This document shows positions 42,260-51,590 of a stretch of DNA of 64,000 nt, piece after piece. Source of the DNA: Eledone cirrhosa (Eukaryota). How positions within the stretch are numbered: the stretch's first letter is position 1; each line of letters begins with the position of its first letter. The notes under the pieces were generated by a model. It did not search any database and was not told the origin of the DNA. It saw nothing but the letters and a program-made list of their open reading frames with translations. The position numbers and the translations under genes are program-made. The stretch lies in the NCBI GenBank assembly GCA_964016885.1, contig OZ024742.1, forward strand, positions 361,212,001 through 361,276,000. The letters are read 5' to 3'.

Positions 42260-43350
42260 TCATCATCATCATCAATACCGTTTTACGTCCGTTCTTCCAT
42301 GCTAGCATGAGTTAGACGGGTTGTCCTGTTGTGGGTAGTGTCTGGTCGGCTGACCATTCCTTGCTCATACAGGAACTGATTTGGCTTGATTTCTACAACT
42401 GGATGCTCTTCCTAACTCCAACCTCATTTACAGTGAGTGCTGGGTGCTTTTTTCCGTGGCGCCTACACATCCACTTTATAGTGTGGGCTGGGTGCTTTTT
42501 TGCCGTGGTACCTCCACGACTACTTTGCAGTGGGAGGGTGTGGGGGCATATTGCCTATATGCTTCAGCTTGTACCCATGGGAGGTCGGGTACTCTGTATT
42601 ACTGCATGACGCCAGAGGTCACGGCCGTGTGTCATCGCCTTTGAGAGGTGTAATTGGGTAAGGTCGGCTTTTATCACCTCATCCCAGGTCTTCTTGGGTT
42701 TCCCCACTCCGCGGTTTCCATTGACTTCTAGTGCTCTGCACCTTTTTATGCAGCTGTTATCCTTCATATGCATCACATGTCCATACCAACGCAACTGCCT
42801 CTCCTGCACACAGCATTTGATTCCTCTTATGCTCAGTCTCTCTCTCTCAATTTATTTATGCTTTGCCATTTGCGTATATTACTATTACACATCCATCGGA
42901 GCATGCAGGCTTTATTTCTTTCTAATCTACGTAAGTCTTCCACCTTCAGCGCCCAGGTGTCACTACCATGTAACATTGCTGTTCGTATACAAGCATCATA
43001 CAGTCTGCCTTTCCTTTTGAGGGAGAAGCCTTTTGCAGCTAGCAGTGGCAGTAATTCTCTGAACTTCTTCCATCCCGTTCTTACCCTAGTTCTTTCTGAA
43101 CACCCACCTCCGCTGCTAATTCGGTCTCCTAGGTAGCAGAAGCTGTCTACTGTTTCTACAGAGCCCTCCCAGAGATTGGTGGTACTTGTTTCCTGTGGCT
43201 GTTTGCTGCTTGCTGTCCCAGCACAGCTGCTACATGTGAAGTCTACATTCTTAATTAAGCTTCCTGAGATCCCGCTACATCTCTTGTGTACCCATTGTTT
43301 GCATTTGGGGCAGAGAATGGAGTTCCTACCTACACCTTTCCTACATACTG
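42260..43350 (-). mobile_element. 5'-truncated RTE-clade LINE (Cys-rich insert, end of RT, C-terminus, 3' UTR, (GAT)n tail)
   Basis: ORF 42564-42809 reads LRWYGHVMHM...RGVGKPKKTW...RDLWR. Upstream manual translation gives ETVDSFCYLGD and CRKGVGRNSILCPKCKQWVHKRCSGI. Tail (CAT)n on the + strand at 42261-42273. Confidence 0.88.
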
Positions 43351-43366
43351 ATAGTATTAATAATCA

Positions 43367-43483
43367 ATCACTATAGAGAGTAGTTGAGAACGTTGGGTAT
43401 TTTCCCTTAACGATGGAAAAAGTGTCCACTTTTTCCATCACTAAGGGCAAAAATAGCAAATTTTCTCTATTATCCATAGTGAT
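43367..43483. repeat. Imperfect inverted repeat (hairpin or MITE-like)
   Basis: Perfect core GATGGAAAAAGTG-tc-CACTTTTTCCATC (43412-43439), with degenerate pairing out to ATCACTAT / ATAGTGAT. Confidence 0.75.
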
Positions 43484-44243
43484 CAAAAGTTATTACATTT
43501 ATTTCCTGTACTTGGGACTCTCACATTTCCAAATTTCACATTATTATAAAGGTAGTCTTCAAATAATTTAAAAGGAAAGCAAAGGGAATCAAATTCTGTC
43601 TAATGTTACAGGTATATTTAATATTGAAATATCAGTTTGTTGCTCCTGAATAGCCAATAGCTACTAAAATAGAACTTATCTGAAACATATTTAAATCTAT
43701 TTTTGTATTAATGGTTAATAGATAGGCTTTCTTAAATGTTTTCAAATGTTTTGTAATTAAGTTTTGGGACTTAATAATCACTAAGTCTATGTATTAGTAG
43801 CCATACTGCCCAGGCTAGTCCAATTAAGATGGCTTCCATCATGACATTGGAGATATTTGCTTCTATTTAACTACTTTCCAAAATGTATAAACAAATTTTA
43901 GCTCCAAATCTATTATTAGAATGATATTTAACTTCATTTCAATATATTCCAGGGAAAACATATGAAGAAGTTTTACAAATAGTACTTTTCAATAATTTAC
44001 ATACATATACAATCACAAGTATATATATATATGATTATCATCATCGCTTTTGAGTCAAGTTTTCCAGGCTTGCATGAACTGGATGTAATATTTGAAAGTA
44101 ATGATTTACAGCCAGATGCCATTCCTGTTAAACCTACTGTGTCACTTCATACAACTCACAAAGATACAGTGTACCTAATCCAGATACTCATAGCATATAT
44201 ATATATGTGTATGTGTGAGTGTGTCTTTGACCATATAATCTCA

Positions 44244-44330
44244 CATATCTGATGAGATGTTGAAAAAGCATTAGGCCTTGTCACCTTGATTGTACCCTGA
44301 ACTGATCGATATCAAAACAGTTGTAATATG
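44244..44330 (+). ncRNA. Type I hammerhead ribozyme relic with long loop II and a G-to-A change in GAAA
   Basis: Stem I CATAT/ATATG, CTGATGA, stem II GATGTTGA/TCGATATC, AAAA in place of GAAA, near-palindromic CAGTTG, GTA triplet, then AATAAA. Confidence 0.65.
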
Positions 44331-44730
44331 CAAATAAAGTTTGTACATATGATGTAACAATGACTTCGACTTTTTAAAATCTATTTGCACTACACACTAC
44401 AGTTATAACACTGGACTACAACCCAAATGGAATGGATGTCATAGCAGCATCAAGTGCTTCTAACAGGGCACTACCTGTAACTGCTGTTACACACTTAACT
44501 AATATATATACATATATATATTGTTATATTTGGGGAGGGTCATATTTGCGTAATATTGCCAGAATTAATAACAGAACACACTCACTGTTTGGTTGGTTTT
44601 CGCTTCTCGCTGTCTTTTATATATATATATCTGCGATCTAACTTACTCGGTCCTCAATGTTGCCATTGACTGACCGGCGGTCAAAAATAATACAGATACA
44701 ATATAGACAAACACATATATATATAGTTTA

Positions 44731-44768
44731 CATAAATCTTTCGTTGCACATCTGCAACATCGTCAGTG
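44731..44768 (-). ncRNA. Minimal hammerhead ribozyme core in the PLE 3' region (left arm)
   Basis: Exact mirror of 47899-47936. Confidence 0.7.
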
Positions 44769-45038
44769 GTGTTATATTCATTGTTCCTCCTGTTGTGTTG
44801 TATGTCTACGCCATTTTTTTTGTTCAGTCTGTCTATATATTTATTTATTTATTTGCTTGTTTGTTTATCTTATTTTATTTTGTCTTCTTTGCGCATGCGT
44901 TTGCGTGTGTGTATAGTGTTATGTGTGATGTGTGACTAGTGTGTATAGTGTTGTGTCTGCTGGGTGACTAGTGTGTGTTTATGTGCTTGTGTATGTATTT
45001 ATTTATCTTATTTTATTTAATTTAATTTACTTATTTAT

Positions 45039-46334
45039 TTATACTTCTCTTAGGTCAGTGTTGTTTGTTTGGGTGTTGTTGTTGTTCCACTCATTCTTTC
45101 TGTTTAGCTTTGGTCTTCTAATTTCTATTTCACTGGCCTCTCTGATTTGCCTATCTGCTGGGTCATTCCTATGTTTAGATATTATTCTAATTTCTATGTT
45201 GTCTATGTTACCGTCATGATGTTGTCTAGCATGTTCGTATAGTACTGACCCGTTTTTTCGTCCTTTTAGTTCCCCCCAGTGTTGGTCTATCCTTTCACCT
45301 ATGCTACGAGCTGTCTCACCTATGTATGTTGTTGTCGTGTTTCTGCAAGTACCCTCTGTACATCTTATGCTATAGACTACGTTTCTAGTTTTACAGTTTA
45401 TCCGGGGGTTCACCTTACATATGATACATTTCCTATTGGTACAGTGGGTTTTCTTAAAAGGGTAGGTTTTGCTGATCAGGGATTTTATGGTGGTTCCTGG
45501 CTTTTCTACCACCTTTATTTTTAAGTGGGTCTTTCTCAGGGCCTTTCTACACTGGTTAGCTAATTTCCCTCCAGGGGTGGCGTCCACAAACATGACACTC
45601 TGATATCTCTGGTTGTCGTACCATGATGTGGCCTTCCCTATCTTATGTCTAGCCCTATCTAAGCTATTCCATGATTTGCTCCTGTATAGTGGGCAAATTC
45701 CTTTCATGTCCAGTTCTATGAGGGTCTTATACTTTTCCATGGCTCCTTCGTATACTCTGACTCTGTCTCTTTGGTTGTAGCCAGAGAACTGCATGCGGTT
45801 GATGAAGTGTTGGATGTGTCCTTCCATTTCTGTTGGGTCGCACATGCTGGACACATTCTTCATCACTCGTACCAAATCTGCGATCAGAATATTAAACTTA
45901 GCACTACTGGACATTGCTGAGTTTTTGAGTATCAGGTATTTGGAGGCCATGGGTTTAGCATAGTGTGAGTGGAGAATTTGGGCTCTCTCGTCTATAGTGT
46001 TAATCCAGAGTTCTGTGTCTAATACAGGTAGTCTATTGTTAGGGTGTTTGGAAGGGAAGTCTATAGTTACAGTTATACTCTGGTGTATGGAATTAGCTAT
46101 CTGCTGGATGCTTTCCATCGTGCTACGTTCTAAATCAAACTTGTTAGTGCTCTCTAGTGGGGGTGTTCTTATAACTATATTGATATCGTCTACATAACGA
46201 GAGTACATGATGAGGTCTATGGAGCTTTCATTAAGGAGATCTTTAAGTCTCCTTTCCCACCATACCATGAAAAGGTTGGCAACATCGCCAGCTATGCTGA
46301 CGCCGATGGCTGCTCCCTCATTTTGGGTGTAGAT
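45039..46334 (-). CDS. Penelope-like RT (C-terminal half) plus GIY-YIG endonuclease, 5'-truncated (left arm)
   Basis: Identical mirror of the + strand ORF. The frame stays open from the palindrome axis, 22 codons upstream of the Met at 46268. Confidence 0.9.
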   Translation of the reverse strand: MYTQNEGAAIGVSIAGDVANLFMVWWERRLKDLLNESSIDLIMYSRYVDDINIVIRTPPLESTNKFDLERSTMESIQQIANSIHQSITVTIDFPSKHPNNRLPVLDTELWINTIDERAQILHSHYAKPMASKYLILKNSAMSSSAKFNILIADLVRVMKNVSSMCDPTEMEGHIQHFINRMQFSGYNQRDRVRVYEGAMEKYKTLIELDMKGICPLYRSKSWNSLDRARHKIGKATSWYDNQRYQSVMFVDATPGGKLANQCRKALRKTHLKIKVVEKPGTTIKSLISKTYPFKKTHCTNRKCIICKVNPRINCKTRNVVYSIRCTEGTCRNTTTTYIGETARSIGERIDQHWGELKGRKNGSVLYEHARQHHDGNIDNIEIRIISKHRNDPADRQIREASEIEIRRPKLNRKNEWNNNNTQTNNTDLREV

Positions 46335-47628
46335 CTACACCCAAAATGAGGGAGCAGCCATCGGCGTCAGCATAGCTGGCGATGTTGCCAACCTTTTCAT
46401 GGTATGGTGGGAAAGGAGACTTAAAGATCTCCTTAATGAAAGCTCCATAGACCTCATCATGTACTCTCGTTATGTAGACGATATCAATATAGTTATAAGA
46501 ACACCCCCACTAGAGAGCACTAACAAGTTTGATTTAGAACGTAGCACGATGGAAAGCATCCAGCAGATAGCTAATTCCATACACCAGAGTATAACTGTAA
46601 CTATAGACTTCCCTTCCAAACACCCTAACAATAGACTACCTGTATTAGACACAGAACTCTGGATTAACACTATAGACGAGAGAGCCCAAATTCTCCACTC
46701 ACACTATGCTAAACCCATGGCCTCCAAATACCTGATACTCAAAAACTCAGCAATGTCCAGTAGTGCTAAGTTTAATATTCTGATCGCAGATTTGGTACGA
46801 GTGATGAAGAATGTGTCCAGCATGTGCGACCCAACAGAAATGGAAGGACACATCCAACACTTCATCAACCGCATGCAGTTCTCTGGCTACAACCAAAGAG
46901 ACAGAGTCAGAGTATACGAAGGAGCCATGGAAAAGTATAAGACCCTCATAGAACTGGACATGAAAGGAATTTGCCCACTATACAGGAGCAAATCATGGAA
47001 TAGCTTAGATAGGGCTAGACATAAGATAGGGAAGGCCACATCATGGTACGACAACCAGAGATATCAGAGTGTCATGTTTGTGGACGCCACCCCTGGAGGG
47101 AAATTAGCTAACCAGTGTAGAAAGGCCCTGAGAAAGACCCACTTAAAAATAAAGGTGGTAGAAAAGCCAGGAACCACCATAAAATCCCTGATCAGCAAAA
47201 CCTACCCTTTTAAGAAAACCCACTGTACCAATAGGAAATGTATCATATGTAAGGTGAACCCCCGGATAAACTGTAAAACTAGAAACGTAGTCTATAGCAT
47301 AAGATGTACAGAGGGTACTTGCAGAAACACGACAACAACATACATAGGTGAGACAGCTCGTAGCATAGGTGAAAGGATAGACCAACACTGGGGGGAACTA
47401 AAAGGACGAAAAAACGGGTCAGTACTATACGAACATGCTAGACAACATCATGACGGTAACATAGACAACATAGAAATTAGAATAATATCTAAACATAGGA
47501 ATGACCCAGCAGATAGGCAAATCAGAGAGGCCAGTGAAATAGAAATTAGAAGACCAAAGCTAAACAGAAAGAATGAGTGGAACAACAACAACACCCAAAC
47601 AAACAACACTGACCTAAGAGAAGTATAA
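46333..47628 (+). CDS. Penelope-like RT (C-terminal half) plus GIY-YIG endonuclease, 5'-truncated (right arm)
   Basis: IYTQNEGAAIGVSIAGDVANLFM (RT motif B'), RYVDDI (motif C), LPVLD, HYAKP thumb region, linker CTNRKCIIC, and GIY-YIG domain NVVYSIRC..C..YIGETARSIGERIDQH..H...HH..R.IREA..I....PKLN. RT motif A and everything N-terminal to it are missing. Confidence 0.92.
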   Translation: MYTQNEGAAIGVSIAGDVANLFMVWWERRLKDLLNESSIDLIMYSRYVDDINIVIRTPPLESTNKFDLERSTMESIQQIANSIHQSITVTIDFPSKHPNNRLPVLDTELWINTIDERAQILHSHYAKPMASKYLILKNSAMSSSAKFNILIADLVRVMKNVSSMCDPTEMEGHIQHFINRMQFSGYNQRDRVRVYEGAMEKYKTLIELDMKGICPLYRSKSWNSLDRARHKIGKATSWYDNQRYQSVMFVDATPGGKLANQCRKALRKTHLKIKVVEKPGTTIKSLISKTYPFKKTHCTNRKCIICKVNPRINCKTRNVVYSIRCTEGTCRNTTTTYIGETARSIGERIDQHWGELKGRKNGSVLYEHARQHHDGNIDNIEIRIISKHRNDPADRQIREASEIEIRRPKLNRKNEWNNNNTQTNNTDLREV

Positions 47629-47898
47629 ATAAATAAGTAAATTAAATTAAATAAAATAAGATAAATAAATACATACACAAGCACATAAACACACACTAGT
47701 CACCCAGCAGACACAACACTATACACACTAGTCACACATCACACATAACACTATACACACACGCAAACGCATGCGCAAAGAAGACAAAATAAAATAAGAT
47801 AAACAAACAAGCAAATAAATAAATAAATATATAGACAGACTGAACAAAAAAAATGGCGTAGACATACAACACAACAGGAGGAACAATGAATATAACAC

Positions 47899-47936
47899 CA
47901 CTGACGATGTTGCAGATGTGCAACGAAAGATTTATG
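47899..47936 (+). ncRNA. Minimal hammerhead ribozyme core in the PLE 3' region / pLTR (right arm)
   Basis: ca-CTGACGA-t-GTTGCA-gatg-TGCAAC-GAAA-GATT-TA-tg, about 270 bp downstream of the stop codon on the sense strand. Stem I is short. Confidence 0.7.
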
Positions 47937-48045
47937 TAAACTATATATATATGTGTTTGTCTATATTGTATCTGTATTATTTTTGACCGCCGGTCAGTCA
48001 ATGGCAACATTGAGGACCGAGTAAGTTAGATCGCAGATATATATA

Positions 48046-48195
48046 TATAAAAGACAGCGAGAAGCGAAAACCAACCAAACAGTGAGTGTGTTCTGTTATT
48101 AATTCTGGCAATATTACGCAAATATGACCCTCCCCAAATATAACAATATCTGTTTCGACACACGATTTCATATAAAAAACCTCGCAAAACTAATA
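48046..48195 (+). promoter_or_regulatory. Candidate pLTR promoter and ORF start of the Penelope-like element
   Basis: TATAAAA at 48046-48052 and ATG at 48124, opening MTLPKYNNICFDTRFHIKNLAKLIH with no stop before the (TA)n. Confidence 0.35.
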
Positions 48196-48222
48196 CATAT
48201 ATATATATATAAATATATATAC

Positions 48223-48287
<65 letters not shown>

Positions 48288-48406
48288 CAAGGTTTAGCAA
48301 ATAAGAAAAAGTTTCAAAATAAATTAAAAAAAATTAACTTTACTCACTATGGTTACCTTTACCGAATTGGTATATATATATAGTAATAATAATAATCATC
48401 ATCATC

Positions 48407-48581
48407 AAGTCTAAAATCCAAAGAGGGCTCGATAAGGATAAATATATATCAAATATATAAGAACCCTAGAGCAAATACTTATTAAAATAACAGATCAAAG
48501 TTTAAGCAAAGAATTGTTGCTTTCACCCTTAACAGTGAAAGCAGCGATTCTTTGTTTAACTTTAATCTGTTATTTTAATAA
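48407..48581 (-). mobile_element. Second family B asymmetric fold-back element
   Basis: 48407-48530 matches the reverse complement of about 2708-2831. Hairpin arms 48479-48526 / 48535-48581 with an 8-bp loop. Confidence 0.75.
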
Positions 48582-48593
48582 ATAAATGTATAA

Positions 48594-48681
48594 ATACATA
48601 CATACATACATACATACATACATACATACATACATACATACATACATACATACATACATACATACATACATACATACATAC
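48594..48681 (+). repeat. (TACA)n microsatellite
   Basis: Read directly. Confidence 0.97.
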
Positions 48682-48990
48682 ACTACTTGGTTTGGATTTG
48701 AATTTACACATTCTAAATCATACTGATCTAGTTTTATGTGATTTGTGGGGGAAACAGGAATACTTAGTCAGGTTTACTTCTTCCCTTTACTTAGGGTTTG
48801 GTTTAGATTCATGAATTAGGTCTGTTTTCTTCAGGTTTATGGTGAGATGAAAAGCAAAGTTCTAGCAATTTTTCAAAGAAATATTCTATAATCTATTGAT
48901 CTTGTTCACACGATGTGGTGACCATTGCTGCAAATATCATATGAAGAATAACTTTTGTCTTATTCAGTGTCTTTGGCATGTAATGATTAA

Positions 48991-49202
48991 CCCTTTAGCA
49001 TTTAAACTGGCCATATCCAGCCAGAATTCTCTCATCTCTTTCTGTTCAAACTGATAGTAACGGGCCACTCATACTGTTGTTAAGGTATTGTTCTCAAAAT
49101 AAATAACATCAAAATCACATAGATTTGATATTATGTAAGATAAAGCATTTACCACAAAAATACAATAGTAAATATATATAGAGTAATGTGAATTCTAAAG
49201 GG
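48991..49202 (+). mobile_element. TTAA-flanked MITE (piggyBac-like termini)
   Basis: TTAA|CCCTTTAG ... CTAAAGGG|TTAA. Homologous to 57643-57857 and 51227-51590 in the opposite orientation. Confidence 0.85.
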
Positions 49203-49599
49203 TTAAACAATGATCTACAAGGACAAGAGATAAAATCCTGACTGTCTTGTGAAGGTCTTTAAAATACAGAACAATAGAGAATCCATTACACAACTTAGTC
49301 TCATTACAACATTTGAATATTACATTTGGAGTATTCATGAGATTGTCAACATGTACAGTGCTCATGCTCGCAAGCAAGTAGATAACATTATTTAGCATAT
49401 AATGTAGAAAATTATATGTTTAAGAAGGTTAAGACAATGGGAAATAGACAGTAAAATGAAGGTAATGAAAATGTTTTACCTGCTATTTATTGTTGTTATT
49501 TTTTCTTGCTTTTTTTAGCATGTTATCGGGTAGAATGGATGTGTATCTAAGTAAAGTTCTTTCAAGGTCTAAGAAGCTGAGACCTGGGCTCACCATAAT

Positions 49600-49945
49600 T
49601 CGTATCATCGTCACCTTTTACCTCCTTTCTTTCATGCTAGCATGGGTTAGACGAGTTTTCCTGTTGTGGGCAGTGTCCAGTCAGCTGACCTTGTCTTGCT
49701 CATACAGGAACTGATTCTGGCTTGACTTCTACAGCTGGACACCCTTCCCAACACCAACCTCATTTACAGAGAGTACTGGGTGCTTTTTTGTCGTGACACA
49801 TACACGACCACTTTAGAATGGGAGAGGGGTATACTGTCTATATGCTTAAGCTTCAGGTTGTATCCATGGAAAGTCAGGTCTTCTGTATTACTGCATAATG
49901 CCAGAGGTCTTGTGCCTGTGTCATCGCATTTGAGGACCAAGACCA
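49600..49945 (-). mobile_element. RTE LINE 3' end fragment
   Basis: Collinear with 42270-42645 (CATGCTAGCATGGGTTAGACG...GCTCATACAGGAACTGAT...TCTGTATTACTGCAT). Confidence 0.8.
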
Positions 49946-50169
49946 CTGAATAAATGGATATACTTCCTAAGTATTGATTGCATAATATTTGAGGGTATAC
50001 CTGGAGGGATATTCTATAATGTATAGCCAGTCTCAGTTTACTTAGGCTGGTTATGTAACTTGGATAAGTAGAAGTATCTTTAAAAATTTCTCCTATATGA
50101 CCAACCTTTGATGGTACACAAAATATTGTAAGACCTCTCTTAACATATTTAAGATATTCACTGTAGCAA

Positions 50170-50822
50170 GACCTATAAGATGTACATTACTTTTCTTTTG
50201 TATAGATATGACTACGTTGGTATGGTCACGTGATGTGCATGAAAGACGACAGCTGTATAAAAAAGTGCAGAGCAATCAAAATTGATGGCAGTTACGGAGT
50301 AAGTAGACCCAGAAAAGCCTGGGACGATTTGATAAATTCCAACTTTACACACTTACACCTCTCTAAGACAATGTAACTGAACCGAGATCTCTGGCACCAT
50401 TCAGAATACCCACCCTGCCTATGTACAAAGCGAAACCTAGTCAGTAGGCACCTCTTAACCAAATATACACCCCATCCCACTACCCCTACTCCACTCTCCC
50501 ACTCCCACCAACACCCCCTTTCTCTATAAAGTTATGTTGGTACCACAACATCCAGTCCAAACTAAAGAGGTCATGTAGGTGTCACGACAAAAAAAAAACA
50601 CAGTCCACGCTGTAAAGTGGCTGTGTAGGTAACACGGTAAAAAAGCTCCCAGTTCATACTGTAAATGTGGTTGGTGTTAGGAAGGGCATCCAGCCGTAGA
50701 AAATCTGCCAGACAGTCCTATACGAGCGAGACACGGTCACCTGACCAACCTCGCCTCAAGTGGGACAACTCCCGTCTAACCCATGCTAGTGTGACAGATA
50801 GATGTTAAACGATGATGATGAT
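50170..50822 (+). mobile_element. RTE LINE 3' fragment (ORF C-terminus, 3' UTR, (GAT)n tail)
   Basis: LRWYGHVMCMKDDSCIKKCRA at about 50212-50275; ends GATGTTAAACGATGATGATG. Confidence 0.85.
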
Positions 50823-51226
50823 GGTGTTGCTGCATTTGCTGATATAATAAAGATGAATGAAAAAGAAACAGTTAACTAGTGATCAACTTAGACTGAAATA
50901 AAGTTAATGTCTAAAATATAATTATTAACAAACTTTTGTTTGCTTATAAAGAAGGATCTCAGCAGAATGTTAGTCTCATATCTTAATTAGCTACACACTT
51001 ATAATAAGGAGATAGGAGACAAAAGTTGATAGTACACTAAGATGAGCATCAAGCCCTGATATTCACCTGTGTTGCATGTCATTAATCCATTGAGCTGTTT
51101 TGTTTTCAGAATTTAAGGAGTAGATGGAATGCACAGTCAAACACACACATATATAGCAGAATTTGGCTGTTAGAAAACCAATGAAACCACTAATATGAAC
51201 ACAAAAGGCTTATATTTGATGTTTAA

Positions 51227-51590
51227 CCCTTTAGCATTTACATCACTCTATATAAACCATTGCATTTTTGAGGTATACACTTTACCTCACATAATTGTGG
51301 ATTGGCAATATCGGTAGATGGTCGGACGCCATGCTTTCCAGCAAAGAGTTACGGCCCTTTATGGTCTGAGTTCAAATCCCGCCGAGGTTAACTTTGCCTT
51401 TCAGTAATACACTGGCATAATTGCTGGCCTTGTGGCAATAGTAGAAACAATAACATTGAATCTACAATATTTTGATATTGTTTATTTTGAGAAAAATACT
51501 TTAACATCAGTATGGGAAGCTGGCTATGGATGGTTTGAACAGAAAGAGCTGATAATTCTGGACGGATACAGCCAGTTTAAATGCTAGATA
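51227..51590 (-). mobile_element. TTAA MITE copy interrupted by a SINE
   Basis: Left TTAA|CCCTTTAGCATTTAC. The right part matches 57740-57857, and the right terminus is decayed. Confidence 0.7.
51296..51448 (+). mobile_element. tRNA-derived SINE nested in the MITE
   Basis: B-box-like GAGTTCAAATCCC followed by GCCGAGGTTAACTTTGCCTTTCA...TGCTGGCCTTGTG..GTAGAAAC, shared with 53940-54048 and 56010-56152. Confidence 0.75.

Larger units (their letters stand above)
44518..48195. mobile_element. Penelope-like retroelement (C-terminal GIY-YIG; Nematis/Neptune type), 5'-truncated, arranged as a perfect head-to-head palindrome in (TA)n
   Basis: Arms 44518-46333 and 46334-48149, axis in GTGTAGA|TCTACAC. 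Mirrored ORF pairs in the track have coordinates summing to 92667 and identical translations within the arms. The right arm has an extra ~45 bp (48150-48195). Both ends abut TA repeats. Confidence 0.95.

Noticed and set aside
46333-47628. Selenoprotein-type (Naiad) or telomeric endonuclease-less (Athena) PLE
   Set aside because: The endonuclease is C-terminal, the visible ORF has no in-frame TGA and ends in TAA, and there are no telomeric repeats at the ends.
44518-48149. DNA transposon with giant TIRs, or a simple fold-back read artefact
   Set aside because: The arms encode RT/GIY-YIG rather than a transposase. Symmetry ends at the element boundary with different unique flanks, which a missed-adapter chimera would not normally give. 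Read-level confirmation is still needed.
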